The notes: a model not told the origin generated them from the sequence alone. 32,000 nt of DNA from Clostridium fungisolvens (GCF_014193895.1 NZ_BLZR01000001.1:2531143-2563142), one strand, 5' to 3'. Positions 1 to 9,854 are shown, counted from the stretch's first letter. Program-made: numbers and translations.

Positions 1-740
1 TCATGGTATTCTTCTTTCCAATTTTCATATATGAAGACAGGTGCAATTAAAAATCCTGTAGGATATCCTGCTTCAGCCACCTTCATACTAGCTTCTATCC
101 TTTTATCTCTAGATGCTGTCATATGCTCAAATTTATTTATAATTGAGTTTGTATTAATACTAAATCTTATCTCTGTATGTCCATTATGTTCTAAGTTAAG
201 CAGAGAATCCACATCATTATATTTTGTTACAAATCTAAATCTAGCATTTTCATTCTTTCCAAAGTAGGATATAGCCTTCTCTAAAGAATGAGTGTATGGC
301 TCTACAGCAACAGGATCAGATGTAGCCGATCCTTCAAAGATAGTGACTTCAGGTAATCTCTCATCGATGTATTTCTGGGCTTGATTTAAAATTTCATCAA
401 TATTTGTATGAACCTTTACAAATGGTTTATCACCAAGCTTTGTATTTAAATAGCAATATTCACATTGTCCCATGCATCCAGACACCAATGGAAGTTGATA
501 ATGAGCTGAAGGTTTACAAGATTGGAACTTTAAGCTTTTTTTAGTTCCTATAACTAAAGTTCTTTTACCTTCAGTATACTGAGATGAAATGTCTTCCCCT
601 GGAATATGTTGTTTTACTTTGTTAGACGTTAAATTTATAATTTCCACATGAGTATTGTGCTTAAACTTATCAAGAATTTGTCTCCCCATTTCGTATTCTA
701 GTGAATCTTTCTCAAATATTATTCTCTTAGGCTTAAACAT
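1..740 (-). CDS. splB: Spore photoproduct lyase (radical SAM), N-terminal ~246 aa; the C-terminus lies left of the window
   Basis: Absent from the ORF track because it runs off the window edge. My translation of the minus strand from the ATG at comp. 738-740 gives MFKPKRIIFEKDSLEYEMGRQILDKF...SCKPSAHYQLPLVSGCMGQCEYCYLNT...RFRFVTKYNDVDSLL...DKRIEASMKVAEAGYPTGFLIAPVFIYENWKEEYH. It has the CxxxCxxC radical-SAM motif and is colinear with B. subtilis SplB as I remember it. Confidence 0.85.
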   Translation of the reverse strand, partial: MFKPKRIIFEKDSLEYEMGRQILDKFKHNTHVEIINLTSNKVKQHIPGEDISSQYTEGKRTLVIGTKKSLKFQSCKPSAHYQLPLVSGCMGQCEYCYLNTKLGDKPFVKVHTNIDEILNQAQKYIDERLPEVTIFEGSATSDPVAVEPYTHSLEKAISYFGKNENARFRFVTKYNDVDSLLNLEHNGHTEIRFSINTNSIINKFEHMTASRDKRIEASMKVAEAGYPTGFLIAPVFIYENWKEEYH

Positions 741-1058
741 ATCTTTACCTAATAAATAAGCTAAAAAGCTGTATTTATTTACTCCTCTCTTGATTCTAAA
801 GAAATTTTTTTCTATATTTGCAACACAATATATAAATCACGACTCATATCCACCTTATACCATATTGCTCTTTTTTTAATTATTATTCGCTTAAATCTAA
901 GATTTATATGCATCTAATAGGTCAAAATTCATATAAAGATATGCCACTTTGATCCTAAATTCATTCTTATAACTCCCTGTACCTTTTGTGAGAGTTTTAA
1001 AATAATATTAAAGATTCCTTAATTAAAGACAGTCTTAATATTAGGAAATGATTCAAAT

Positions 1059-1092
1059 AAAAATAGAAGATGACCAAGCATCTTCTATTTTT
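1059..1092 (-). terminator. Rho-independent terminator downstream of the AraC/GyrI regulator gene (symmetric A/T flanks, could work in both directions)
   Basis: Stem AAAAATAGAAGATG (1059-1072) pairs with CATCTTCTATTTTT (1079-1092), loop ACCAAG. It sits about 30 nt after the stop at 1125. Confidence 0.6.
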
Positions 1093-1124
1093 ATTTCACA
1101 CTATATTAAATTTCAATCTTCAAA

Positions 1125-2033
1125 TTAATCTTGCTTCTTAACTACTGGTATCCACACTTCCGAGTAGTTCCTGTCACCTTTTGCAGTATAGTATACTTCA
1201 AGCTCAGGTCCTTCTGCATGTTCATACCCTGAGCTTGGGAACCACTCTGAAAAAATCCTTTCCCATATTGCTTGAATCTTTTCTACAACCTCTGATTTTT
1301 TGTGTTCATCAGTTCTAAAAACAACCCATGTTAATGCAGGTACAGAGATAACCGAAAATTCATCTGGCACCTCAGCATTACCATCCATATCAAATACACC
1401 TATCATGTACGGGAAAGTCTCCTCACCAGTTTCTCTATAACACATAATTCCATTTACGTCAGTAACAAAGTCATCTTCCACAAGTTCTTTTGGCTGAGCC
1501 TTTACTAAACGTTCGATTGTTCCGTCTTTAAAGCATTCTTGCCACAACTGAGGTATCCTAACTAAGTTATTCCCATTAGTTGTATCCATAACTTCCTCTA
1601 CTCCAAAAAAGCTAAATGAATTCTTTTCTACTATTTTATAATTCATCTCTACATCTCCTTTTATCGATATACTAAAAGAAATAGGTGGATATGCTTTTAG
1701 CTGTGTTCCCATTTCTCTAGCAAAGGTTGGTGAAACTCCATGTAAGTTTCTAAAAGCTCTGGTAAAGGCTTCTGGAGATTCATATCCATACTTTAGTGCC
1801 ACATCAATTACTTTGATACTTGAGCCCTGAAGCTCCAATGCAGCTAAGGTAAGTCTTCTTCTCCTTATATACTCTGCTAAAGTCACATCAGTTATAAATG
1901 AGAACATTCTTTGAAAATGATATTCTGAACAACATGCTATTTTGGCAACATCAATATACGCAATATTGTTAGTCAAGTTTTCTTCAATATACTTAATAGC
2001 ACCATTCATCTTTTCTAGCCAATCCATATCCAT
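1125..2033 (-). CDS. AraC-family transcriptional regulator with a C-terminal GyrI-like effector-binding domain
   Basis: The N-terminus has the two AraC HTH units (IAKIACCSEYHFQRMFSFITDVTLAEYIRRRRLTLAALEL...YGYESPEAFTRAFRNLHGVSP). The C-terminal ~170 aa looks like the GyrI/Rob-C small-molecule-binding fold. SD GGGGGAG lies upstream of the ATG. Confidence 0.85.
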   Translation of the reverse strand: MDMDWLEKMNGAIKYIEENLTNNIAYIDVAKIACCSEYHFQRMFSFITDVTLAEYIRRRRLTLAALELQGSSIKVIDVALKYGYESPEAFTRAFRNLHGVSPTFAREMGTQLKAYPPISFSISIKGDVEMNYKIVEKNSFSFFGVEEVMDTTNGNNLVRIPQLWQECFKDGTIERLVKAQPKELVEDDFVTDVNGIMCYRETGEETFPYMIGVFDMDGNAEVPDEFSVISVPALTWVVFRTDEHKKSEVVEKIQAIWERIFSEWFPSSGYEHAEGPELEVYYTAKGDRNYSEVWIPVVKKQD

Positions 2034-2106
2034 CTCCCCCTTCCTTTTCTATCATAACAAGATATAACATATATTACCTTGCATTTTCTGCACTATTTAG
2101 CAAGGC

Positions 2107-3090
2107 TTATCTAATCTCGTAATCACTTTCACCAGTATTAATAAAGGAGACTAAGCTAGTAATTGCGCTATTTACCATGCTTCTTACTGCTGCATCGGTG
2201 TAAAAAGCCATGTGCTGAGTCATTATAACGTTTGGAAATTGTCTTAAATAAGCCATATCTCTGTTACTTATAATATCTGTACGTCTATCTATGTGATATA
2301 TACCTTCTTCATTTTCAAATACATCTAAACCTAGTGCACCTATTTTTCTAGTCTCAATCCCATTAATCAAGGCAGGAATATTCATTAATTCCCCTCTTGC
2401 ACAGTTAATTAAAACCACATTGTCTTTCATCTTCTTTATAGACTCATCATTTATCATGTGATATGTACTTTCCAATAAAGGAGTATGAAGAGTAATAACA
2501 TCACATTCCTTGTACAACGTATCTAAGTCCACATAAGTAGCTTTTTCTTTTACTTTATCATTTTCAAATTTATCGTAAGCCAGTATTCTAGAACCGAAGC
2601 CCTTTAGTCCGTCAATTACTGTTGCTCCTATTTTTCCTGTGCCTATGACTCCAATAGTCAAATCCTTCATTTCTTTTCCTTGAAGTCCTACCAAGGAGTA
2701 ATCATTGACATTCCCTCTAAACATAGCTTGTTTGTAATGTCTTATACACATAAGTATAAGCATTATAGTATAATCTGCTACTCCGTTTGGCGCATAGTAA
2801 GCATTACTTACTCTTATGTTTTTACTTTTTGCATATTCAATATCGATATTGTTATATCCAACTGTTCTTGTTGCAAGATATTTTATATTTAATTTATCTA
2901 GTTTATCTAAAACCGCTGGAGTTACATGACTGTGTCCTAAGATAGTCACACCATCAAATCCCTTAGCTAATTCTGCAGTTTTCTCATTCAACTTCTCATC
3001 TACTAAAGTGATCTCTACATTAAGCTTTTTTGATATTGCTTCAAAATCATTTCTTTCATCATCTCTTGTATCATAGGATATTAGTTTCAT
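2107..3090 (-). CDS. D-isomer-specific 2-hydroxyacid dehydrogenase (D-lactate dehydrogenase-like)
   Basis: NAD-binding GxGxxG (VIGTGKIGATV) and typical D-LDH/VanH-like blocks (RTVGYNNIDIEYAKSKNIRVSNAYYAPNGVADYT, NCARGELMN, TQHMAFYT). The track ORF starts at a GTG (3111). The ATG at 3090 (MKLISYD) sits 7 nt after AGAGAGG and is the better start. Confidence 0.85.
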   Translation of the reverse strand: MKLISYDTRDDERNDFEAISKKLNVEITLVDEKLNEKTAELAKGFDGVTILGHSHVTPAVLDKLDKLNIKYLATRTVGYNNIDIEYAKSKNIRVSNAYYAPNGVADYTIMLILMCIRHYKQAMFRGNVNDYSLVGLQGKEMKDLTIGVIGTGKIGATVIDGLKGFGSRILAYDKFENDKVKEKATYVDLDTLYKECDVITLHTPLLESTYHMINDESIKKMKDNVVLINCARGELMNIPALINGIETRKIGALGLDVFENEEGIYHIDRRTDIISNRDMAYLRQFPNVIMTQHMAFYTDAAVRSMVNSAITSLVSFINTGESDYEIR

Positions 3091-3301
3091 AAAATAACCT
3101 CTCTTTTGCACTATTTTTAATTTGTTTAAATCTATATATAATAATATTTATTATCTTAACTACTAAGTTTAAATTTTAACCAAAATAATTATACTATATA
3201 TCTTACTAGCATACTATTAACCTTTCAGATTTTCTGATATATTTCATTAAATATAACCACTAAAATGTTAATCTAATAATAAAACATGTGAATTTTTGGA
3301 C

Positions 3302-3334
3302 AAACAAAAAAAGGTTCACTTTATGAGCCTTTTT
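3302..3334 (-). terminator. Rho-independent terminator downstream of the GNAT gene
   Basis: On the minus strand, AAAGGCUC/GAACCUUU form an 8-bp stem (one G-U) with a 7-nt loop, followed by UUUUUGUUU. Confidence 0.5.
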
Positions 3335-3444
3335 ACAATTGTGTATATAATTATATTTTAACTGTAATCAAACTATCATATGTTTAGATCATTCTTAATC
3401 ATTGAATATATTGCTAAGTCATAGAACTCTCCATACTTGTTCAC

Positions 3445-3933
3445 TTAAGCCTGCCTCAATATGCCTTCAAACTTCATTCCAGCTTTTTGCATCACCCTGC
3501 CTGAAGCAATGTTAATTGTATTATGCCTGGCTTCTATTCTGTTAATCCCGATCTCTTTAAACAAATAGTCAATAACCACACTTAATGCTTCTGTCATAAT
3601 ACCCTTTCCCCAAAATAATCTTCCTATATTATATCCAGTAGTACAAGAAAGACATCTCTCATCCAAATTCATCAAAGATATTTGACCGATTACTTCACCA
3701 TTAGACTTCAACTCAATTGCCCAATTATAATAATCATTACTATATGAATTCACCAAATCTTCAACTATCTGCTTTGTGTCACTTAAATCCTTATGTGGAT
3801 TCCAACTTAAGAATTTACACACTTCACTATCGGTTGCCCAGTTTTTAAACATACATTCCGCATCACTTGGTTTAAATCTACGTAACAAAAGCCTCTCAGT
3901 TTCTAAAGACTGAGTCCCCTTGTGTGTTAACAT
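3445..3933 (-). CDS. GNAT-family N-acetyltransferase (RimJ/RimL-like), ending at a premature in-frame TAA (see finding)
   Basis: LETERLLLRRF...WAIEL...VIGQISL...GYNIGRLFWGKGIMTEALSVVIDYLF...INRIEARHNTINIASGRVMQKAGMKFEGILRQA shows the typical GNAT A/B motifs. The usual C-terminal strand continues in frame after the stop. Confidence 0.8.
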   Translation of the reverse strand: MLTHKGTQSLETERLLLRRFKPSDAECMFKNWATDSEVCKFLSWNPHKDLSDTKQIVEDLVNSYSNDYYNWAIELKSNGEVIGQISLMNLDERCLSCTTGYNIGRLFWGKGIMTEALSVVIDYLFKEIGINRIEARHNTINIASGRVMQKAGMKFEGILRQA

Positions 3934-4026
3934 TTCCCCCCTCCTCTCGCAAGCTCTCTAACGCATCAAATATCTAACTTTAACAAAATTTCATAGGCTT
4001 ATATAAAGAAACTATAAGTGATTTTT

Positions 4027-4524
4027 CTAATCTATATCTACATAAAAAAGTTTATTCTTCTTCCACTTAATGAACTTCTCAAAATCTAGGTATGAAATAC
4101 CTATGGTAACCGTATTAATGTTAGGATGAAATGCCACAACTGCAGCATTAGTTATATCTCTATCTATTAAAACTATAACTTCACTTTCGTTATCGTTTAT
4201 TATTCCAAATGGGCTTACAGATCCAGGCTTAAGTCCTAGATATTTAAATAATCTTTCCTCTGAAGCAAAAGACAAGCTACTACTTCCAATCTGTTTTGCT
4301 AAGGATTTTAAACCTACTTGCTTAGTTTCATCAAGTACAACAAGATAGTGAGTATCACCTTTTCTATTTCTAATAAATAGATTTTTGCAAAGTTGTCCTG
4401 GTATATGTATATCTAATTTATTTGCTTCTTCAATGGTGTACACAGCAGCATGCTCATATCTATCATATTTAATCTCTAGTGAATCTAAAATATCGTAAAC
4501 CTTTTGTTCAGCTTCCGTAATCAT
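4027..4524 (-). CDS. YbaK/ProX-type aminoacyl-tRNA deacylase (prolyl-tRNA synthetase-associated domain protein)
   Basis: KNLFIRNRKGDTHYLVVL...SLSFASEERLFKYLGLKPGSVSPFGIIND...VAFHPN matches the ProX/YbaK editing-domain pattern. SD AAGGAGAAG lies upstream. Confidence 0.75.
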   Translation of the reverse strand: MITEAEQKVYDILDSLEIKYDRYEHAAVYTIEEANKLDIHIPGQLCKNLFIRNRKGDTHYLVVLDETKQVGLKSLAKQIGSSSLSFASEERLFKYLGLKPGSVSPFGIINDNESEVIVLIDRDITNAAVVAFHPNINTVTIGISYLDFEKFIKWKKNKLFYVDID

Positions 4525-5089
4525 AATCTTCTCCTTATATAAAATATCAGGTTATTTATTGTTATCTAAATTTGCATTTTTTTAACCAAGCCAAGTTTTA
4601 TCATTAATATTAACTTCCGAATTGATTTCAAAAAGTATTCTTAATATTAAACCAGTTAATGCTGAATAAATAATTCCTCCAATATAAGTTGAAATGTTTA
4701 AATACTGTTCTTTAATATTCATAATTTATTTATTGATCCTTCTTTTATTCAAACTTATTTCTACCCTTTAAAAATAACACAAATATCACTAGAGAACTTT
4801 TCGCAAAGTTAAAAATCAGCTTTTTATTTTCTTATGTATTAACTTCATCATTTATACAATTATAACATTTTTTATTAGAAGTTATGATATAAAATAATAA
4901 CTTTACCTTTAGATCCTTTACAGGTGTTCAATTAAATAGCTACAGCGTCTTAATGCCTAAACTACAGTTACTTAAACCAAGTATATCTCAATAAAGTTAA
5001 ATATTTGAATATGGCATTCGTATCCAGTATAATTATATCAAATAAAATATTTGTACATTTCAGATTCTATATTTTTAGGAGGATATATC

Positions 5090-5494
5090 ATGAAAAAACT
5101 AATTCTTATAATAGGATTTATTTTCATATTATTTATAGGGTGTAGTAATACTAGTGATAAAGTTACTATAACCACAGACAGAACTACATATAATCCTTCA
5201 ATGTCATCAATACAAGGGATTAGAATATCACCTAATTTCGAAACAAAAAAGAGTTATGAAGATTTAATTTATCATTGGGAAACCTCAGATGGTGAATTCA
5301 TAGGCAAAGGAAAAGAAGTAAAAAATCAAGGTGAGGCAGTGATATGGAGTTCTGTAGTAAACGAAAAAATAGCAGAAATAAAAGACCCCTTCGATATAAA
5401 GGTGGAAGTTATAGGTAGCGAAAGTAAAAAAGTATTAGCAACAGCAAAATTAACAATAACACCCAATAACGGTTCTTATGAAATAAAAAAGTGA
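5090..5494 (+). CDS. Small lipoprotein of unknown function
   Basis: AGGAGG lies 7 nt before the ATG at 5090. MKKLILIIGFIFILFIGC is a signal peptide with a lipobox (FIGC). The track start at 5051 is a TTG-type extension with no SD. Confidence 0.7.
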   Translation: MKKLILIIGFIFILFIGCSNTSDKVTITTDRTTYNPSMSSIQGIRISPNFETKKSYEDLIYHWETSDGEFIGKGKEVKNQGEAVIWSSVVNEKIAEIKDPFDIKVEVIGSESKKVLATAKLTITPNNGSYEIKK

Positions 5495-5534
5495 TACTAA
5501 ATACTAATCTTGAACAAATCCTCAAATAAAAACA

Positions 5535-5600
5535 CAGCATGAAAATCCTAAAAACTTGTCTATGCAAATTATTAGGGTAATCATGCTGCTATAATTTTTT
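5535..5600. terminator. Bidirectional terminator between the convergent lipoprotein and GH43 genes
   Basis: Outer stem CAGCATGA (5535-5542) pairs with TCATGCTG (5581-5588), with an inner CCTAA/TTAGG pairing. A T-run follows on the plus strand and a T-rich tract follows on the minus strand. Confidence 0.5.
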
Positions 5601-5608
5601 GAAATACC

Positions 5609-6556
5609 TTATTCTAATTCAAAAACTGGTCTTCCAAGAGCATCCCATTTTAATTTCATTACCATGGCATGACGATTGTAATCGTATAAAGGATTTCCTA
5701 CAATTTTTTCATATGGACGAGCATGATAAATAACTAAATCCTCTCCATCTTCTGAAACTGTAAAGCTATTGTGACCTGGACCATATATATTTTTCTCTGG
5801 GCAAGTTGCAAAAACAGGATATCTTGACTTGCTCCAACACTGAGGATCTAATAAGTCTGATGTATCTGAAGCTTCTAATATTCCCATACAGTATGCAGCT
5901 CCTGTTGAGCTTGCTGAAAATGTTATAAATACCTTTCCATTTCTTTTGATTACTGCTGGGCCTTCATTTACCCAATAGTCAACTCTTTCCCAATCATAAT
6001 CAGGAGTAGTTAAAAGTACTTGTACAGTTTTTAATTTTATTGGAGATTCCATTTCCGCTATATATAAATTAGATATACCGCCTTCTCCACCTACTTTTTG
6101 TGCCCAAACATAATATTTTCTATTATTATGTTCAAACACTGTGCCATCTAAAGAAAAGTCTGTAAATGAATATGGATCTTCATCTGCTTTCTGAATCATT
6201 CCTCTTTCAATCCAAAAATCCTTCATTGGATCATCTCCAGTGCATTCTAAAACAAAAGGTCGTATCTTCCATACATCTTCTTTTTCACCAGCTGCAAAAT
6301 ATACGAACCATTTTCCATCTAAATAATGAAGTTCTGGTGCCCAAATATGCTCACTCATAACTCCACTTTCGTGTTTCATCCAAATCCTTCTTGTTTCTGC
6401 CCCAACTAATCCCTCTATAGTTTTCGCTCTTCTAAGCTCAATATAATCATAAGTCGGTACAGAAGCTGTAAAATAGTAATATCCATCTGTATGTTTGTAT
6501 ACATAAGGATCTGCCCTCTGCTCAATTAAAGGTTTTACAAAACAATTTGTGACCAT
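5609..6556 (-). CDS. Glycoside hydrolase family 43 (arabinofuranosidase/xylosidase-like)
   Basis: RADPYVYKHTDGYYYFTAS, IWAPELHYLDGKWFVYFAA and NEGPAVIKRNGKVFITFSAS are five-bladed-propeller GH43 signature blocks carrying the catalytic Asp/Asp/Glu context. The ATG at 6556 follows AGGGGGAA; the track start at 6580 is a GTG. Confidence 0.8.
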   Translation of the reverse strand: MVTNCFVKPLIEQRADPYVYKHTDGYYYFTASVPTYDYIELRRAKTIEGLVGAETRRIWMKHESGVMSEHIWAPELHYLDGKWFVYFAAGEKEDVWKIRPFVLECTGDDPMKDFWIERGMIQKADEDPYSFTDFSLDGTVFEHNNRKYYVWAQKVGGEGGISNLYIAEMESPIKLKTVQVLLTTPDYDWERVDYWVNEGPAVIKRNGKVFITFSASSTGAAYCMGILEASDTSDLLDPQCWSKSRYPVFATCPEKNIYGPGHNSFTVSEDGEDLVIYHARPYEKIVGNPLYDYNRHAMVMKLKWDALGRPVFELE

Positions 6557-6835
6557 CAGTTCATTCCCCCTAGTTAACACGCTAAAAAATAAAATATTTT
6601 ATATTTATCTAAAATAATCTTCCATAAAATCATTATATATCATATTTTCATGAATTAACACCCTTTGATTTAAATTTTATTAAAATGAACAAAACTATAG
6701 CATTAGTTTTGTTTTAATATATATGATAGCGTTCTATTTTATTTTTTAGTTTTAGAAGATATAAAGCAAAAAACATTTTTTAATATCATCAACTTAAAAC
6801 CTTGGAATTTGCCTATTTCAACATACATAGGTAAA

Positions 6836-6888
6836 CAAAAAAATAATCATCTGCTGCAATTAGATACTATTCGTAGCAGATAATTATT
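6836..6888 (-). terminator. Rho-independent terminator of the murE-symporter operon
   Basis: AATAAT-c-ATCTGCT (6842-6855) pairs with AGCAGAT-a-ATTATT (6875-6888). On the minus strand UUUUUGUUU follows. Confidence 0.6.
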
Positions 6889-6960
6889 AAAAAACCATAA
6901 ATTAAAATTTTGTAATCATTCTTTTACAACACACTATATTTTACACTTTTCTAAATAAGT

Positions 6961-8223
6961 TTACAATTTCAACAAATCCTCCCTTAACCACTTCTTTCCG
7001 TCAACAAATCTTGAAACTAACATAGCACATACTGTATTTCCTGTTGAGTTTAATACTGTTGCTGGAGCATCAATAATTGTGCTTATAACTGCAATTATAG
7101 GAAGTGCTTCTATAGGGAATCCATATATACTTATTATAAGCATTTCTCCAATCAGTCCACCGCCAGGTATTGCTCCCATAACCGCTCCTACTAAAAAACC
7201 AACTGCTAATATAGATAATAAGATTGGTAAACTATTAATGTCTTTCCCAAATAATCCGAATAGAAATACTATCTTCAAAACGCCTCCAATGACAGATCCA
7301 TCTTTATGAGTGTTGACCCCAAGAGGTATAACAGTTTCTGCTATATCCTTAGGCACACCTATCTTCTTTGTAGCCTCAAGATTAATTGGTATAGATGCTG
7401 CACTTGAACAAGTAGCTAGGGCAGTTACTGTTGGTGATATTACATTTTTCCAGTAAGCTTTAAATCCTTCTTTTCCTGAAGAAATATACGCATATATACT
7501 AAAAAACATAAAATAGTTTATTATTGTTAAACCCAAATATAATAAAAACACTTTCAAATACCCTTGTAAGATTTGCGTTCCTAATTGCCCTATCACAGAA
7601 GCAAAATAACATGCAAGCCCTATTGGAGCATAATACATAATAATATTAACTATCTTCATGATTATAGCTGTTACTGCATCTATAAACTTTTTTACTACTT
7701 CCCCTTTTTCTCCCACTAAAGCTGTAGATGCTCCAAAAAGTACAGAAAAGATTATAATTTGGAGCATATTATTCTTTGAAAACAATTCTGAGAAGTCACC
7801 AACTGTAAAGGTCTTTACTAGCTGCCGTGATAAGGAAATGTTCTCAGTGCCTTTACTAATGTCAGTAGCTCCTTGGGACAATATATTTTTAATTGTGCCC
7901 GAGTCTAATCCTTTAGTTGGATTAAATAGAAAAGAGCCTATAATAGCCAATATACCAGAGATAACTGCAGTAGATATAAACACTAAAATTATAGTTATCA
8001 TTATTTTGCCTAATCTATTTACGCCGCTCATATTTGCTATAGCAGATGCTACACTAAAAAATACTAACGGAACGATTATCGTAAACATTAGATTTAAAAA
8101 TATTTGCCCGAAAGGTTCTAAAACTTTAGCTTTGGGTCCTAATATTGCTCCTATTGCACCTCCTAATACTATTGATAATATAAGCATTAAGGACATCTTA
8201 TAATTCTTAAAAAGATTTCTCAT
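6961..8223 (-). CDS. Dicarboxylate/amino acid:cation symporter (DAACS family)
   Basis: Polytopic membrane protein with the family's conserved C-terminal reentrant-loop blocks (TALATCSSAASIPINLE, VIPLGVNTHKDGS, ISTIIDAPATVLNSTGN). SD AAGGAG lies upstream, and the start is 15 nt after the murE stop. Confidence 0.8.
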   Translation of the reverse strand: MRNLFKNYKMSLMLILSIVLGGAIGAILGPKAKVLEPFGQIFLNLMFTIIVPLVFFSVASAIANMSGVNRLGKIMITIILVFISTAVISGILAIIGSFLFNPTKGLDSGTIKNILSQGATDISKGTENISLSRQLVKTFTVGDFSELFSKNNMLQIIIFSVLFGASTALVGEKGEVVKKFIDAVTAIIMKIVNIIMYYAPIGLACYFASVIGQLGTQILQGYLKVFLLYLGLTIINYFMFFSIYAYISSGKEGFKAYWKNVISPTVTALATCSSAASIPINLEATKKIGVPKDIAETVIPLGVNTHKDGSVIGGVLKIVFLFGLFGKDINSLPILLSILAVGFLVGAVMGAIPGGGLIGEMLIISIYGFPIEALPIIAVISTIIDAPATVLNSTGNTVCAMLVSRFVDGKKWLREDLLKL

Positions 8224-8238
8224 AATCTATAACTCCTT

Positions 8239-9702
8239 TTAATTTACTATATTTAAGAAATATTTCTTCACCACTTCTTCATCACTAAAATGTATAGTTT
8301 CATTCTTTAATATTTGGTAGTTTTCATGGCCTTTACCAGCAATTATTACTGCGTCGTTAGGGTTTGCAATATTAAGTGCTTTGAAAATTGCTTGAGTTCT
8401 ATCTTCTATCTTTTCATACATGCATCCAGTCTTAAGCATTCCTTTCTCAATATCATTGATTATTAAAGCTGTTTTTTCACTTCTAGGATTGTCAGATGTG
8501 ATTATGCAGTAGTCACTTAGTTTCCCTGCAACTTCTCCCATAAGTGGTCTTTTACTAGCATCTCTATCCCCACCACAACCAAACACTGTAATTATTTTAC
8601 CTTTAGTTATTTCTTTCACTGAGGTTAGTATATTTTCAATAGCATCTGGTGAATGTGCATAGTCTACTACAGCTAAAATACCTTTACTATTTTCAATTGC
8701 TTGAAATCTTCCTGGCACACCTTTTATTTCTTTAACTGCATTTACAATTTCATCAATACTTAGCTTTAGACAATAACAACTTGCTATTGATGCCAACGCA
8801 TTATAAACACTAAACCTTCCTGGTACATTAAGCTCCACTTTTTTAATCTCACAATTATATTTAAGATTAAACTTTACACCAATATTTGTGTACTCTATAT
8901 CTGTAGCTCTAAAATCACAATCATTATCAATACCATAAGTTATGGTTTTACAATTTGAAGTAGCTATTATATCCTTAGAAAACGAATCATCTATATTTAT
9001 CACTGCCTTCTTGCACATACTGAATAGTTTCAATTTTGCATTTTTATAATTATCCATAGTAACATGCTCTTCCAGATGATCTTGAGTTAGATTTGTGAAT
9101 ACAGCAACATCAAATTCACATCCATAGACTCTATCTTGTGATAAAGCTGAAGAAGTAACTTCAACGGCTGCATGGGTCGCTCCATACTCTAACATCTCAG
9201 CAAAGGTTCCTTGAAGTTCTATTGCATCTGGCGTAGTTGGATTTAACTTTTTTGTGGTCATTTTTTGTTCACCAAGGGTGTTTTGTATAGTGCCAATCAC
9301 TCCACATTTTAATTCTAAAACTTCAAGTATCTTTGAAATAAAATAACTTACAGAAGTTTTTCCGTTTGTGCCTGTAATACCAACGGTCTTTAAATTACTA
9401 ATTGGAATATTATAAAAGTTTTGTGCTGCTATGGACATTGCCTTTCTAGCATCTTTAACTTTTATTACTGAAACATTCTTTTTAAGACCACTAATCTCAC
9501 GTTCTACCATCAATGCTATAGCACCGCTGCTTACTGCATCAAATACAAAATCATGTCTATCTACATTTCTATTTCTTACGGCTATAAATAGCGAATTTTC
9601 ACCTACCTCCCTTGAATCCCAAGTTAGACTTTCTATGTCCAAATCATCTCTGCCATTTAACATCTCATAATCTATTCCTTTTAAAACTTCATATAATTTC
9701 AT
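8239..9702 (-). CDS. murE: UDP-N-acetylmuramoyl-L-alanyl-D-glutamate--2,6-diaminopimelate ligase
   Basis: Mur ligase P-loop GITGTNGKTS, central and C-terminal Mur ligase blocks (DYAHSPDA, GCGGDRD) and the DNPR motif (TSDNPRSE) that marks meso-DAP-adding MurE enzymes. Confidence 0.9.
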   Translation of the reverse strand: MKLYEVLKGIDYEMLNGRDDLDIESLTWDSREVGENSLFIAVRNRNVDRHDFVFDAVSSGAIALMVEREISGLKKNVSVIKVKDARKAMSIAAQNFYNIPISNLKTVGITGTNGKTSVSYFISKILEVLELKCGVIGTIQNTLGEQKMTTKKLNPTTPDAIELQGTFAEMLEYGATHAAVEVTSSALSQDRVYGCEFDVAVFTNLTQDHLEEHVTMDNYKNAKLKLFSMCKKAVINIDDSFSKDIIATSNCKTITYGIDNDCDFRATDIEYTNIGVKFNLKYNCEIKKVELNVPGRFSVYNALASIASCYCLKLSIDEIVNAVKEIKGVPGRFQAIENSKGILAVVDYAHSPDAIENILTSVKEITKGKIITVFGCGGDRDASKRPLMGEVAGKLSDYCIITSDNPRSEKTALIINDIEKGMLKTGCMYEKIEDRTQAIFKALNIANPNDAVIIAGKGHENYQILKNETIHFSDEEVVKKYFLNIVN

Positions 9703-9845
9703 ATAGTTTCCTCCAATTTATTTCAAGTACTATTTATCATCAAGATTTAAATGCCACTTCAGCGCCTTTTCTCTTGTTATATTTATATTATATTCTCAAT
9801 TTTTGCAGATTTTCTTGAAATAAATGCTTAATATATTGCATAAAG

Positions 9846-9854
9846 TGCTATAAT
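9846..9854 (+). promoter_or_regulatory. Extended -10 element (TGcTATAAT), candidate promoter of the downstream AraC gene
   Basis: TGCTATAAT lies about 70 nt upstream of the AraC start. I found no good -35. Confidence 0.35.

Noticed and set aside
31-267. Track ORF of 78 aa on the plus strand at the left edge
   Set aside because: It lies entirely antisense within the splB reading frame, which has strong homology-type evidence. It has no SD and a low-complexity hydrophobic translation.
2107-3090. The D-lactate dehydrogenase as VanH of a vancomycin-resistance cluster
   Set aside because: There is no D-Ala-D-Lac ligase (vanA/B), vanX or vanRS in the neighbourhood. The flanking genes are unrelated regulators and acetyltransferases.
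4582-4722. 46-aa minus-strand ORF (MNIKEQYLNISTYIGGIIYSALTGLILRILFEINSEVNINDKTWLG) in the 565-bp gap after the ProX gene
   Set aside because: The only SD-like AAGGA is ~14 nt upstream, which is too far. It has no recognisable motif beyond one hydrophobic stretch, and I cannot assess conservation.
6688-6713. 10-bp perfect hairpin AACAAAACTA/TAGTTTTGTT upstream of the GH43 gene as a regulatory site or terminator
   Set aside because: It is isolated and AT-rich, with no matching gene end on the plus strand. The upstream operon already has a better terminator at 6836-6888. It may be an operator, but nothing supports a specific call.
7079-8203. Plus-strand ORFs 7079-7309 and 7658-8203 (76 and 181 aa), plus the similar antisense or alternate-frame ORFs at 2680-2892, 6166-6360, 9431-9670, 9612-9818, 11010-11270, 12878-13090, 13755-13940, 16378-16662, 17808-18005, 20399-20626, 24806-24997, 25134-25343, 27294-27491, 28364-28567 and 29847-30062
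   Set aside because: Each lies inside (antisense to, or in another frame of, or overlapping the end of) a gene with clear family signatures. Long shadow ORFs are expected in AT-rich genes. None has a convincing SD or a recognisable motif.
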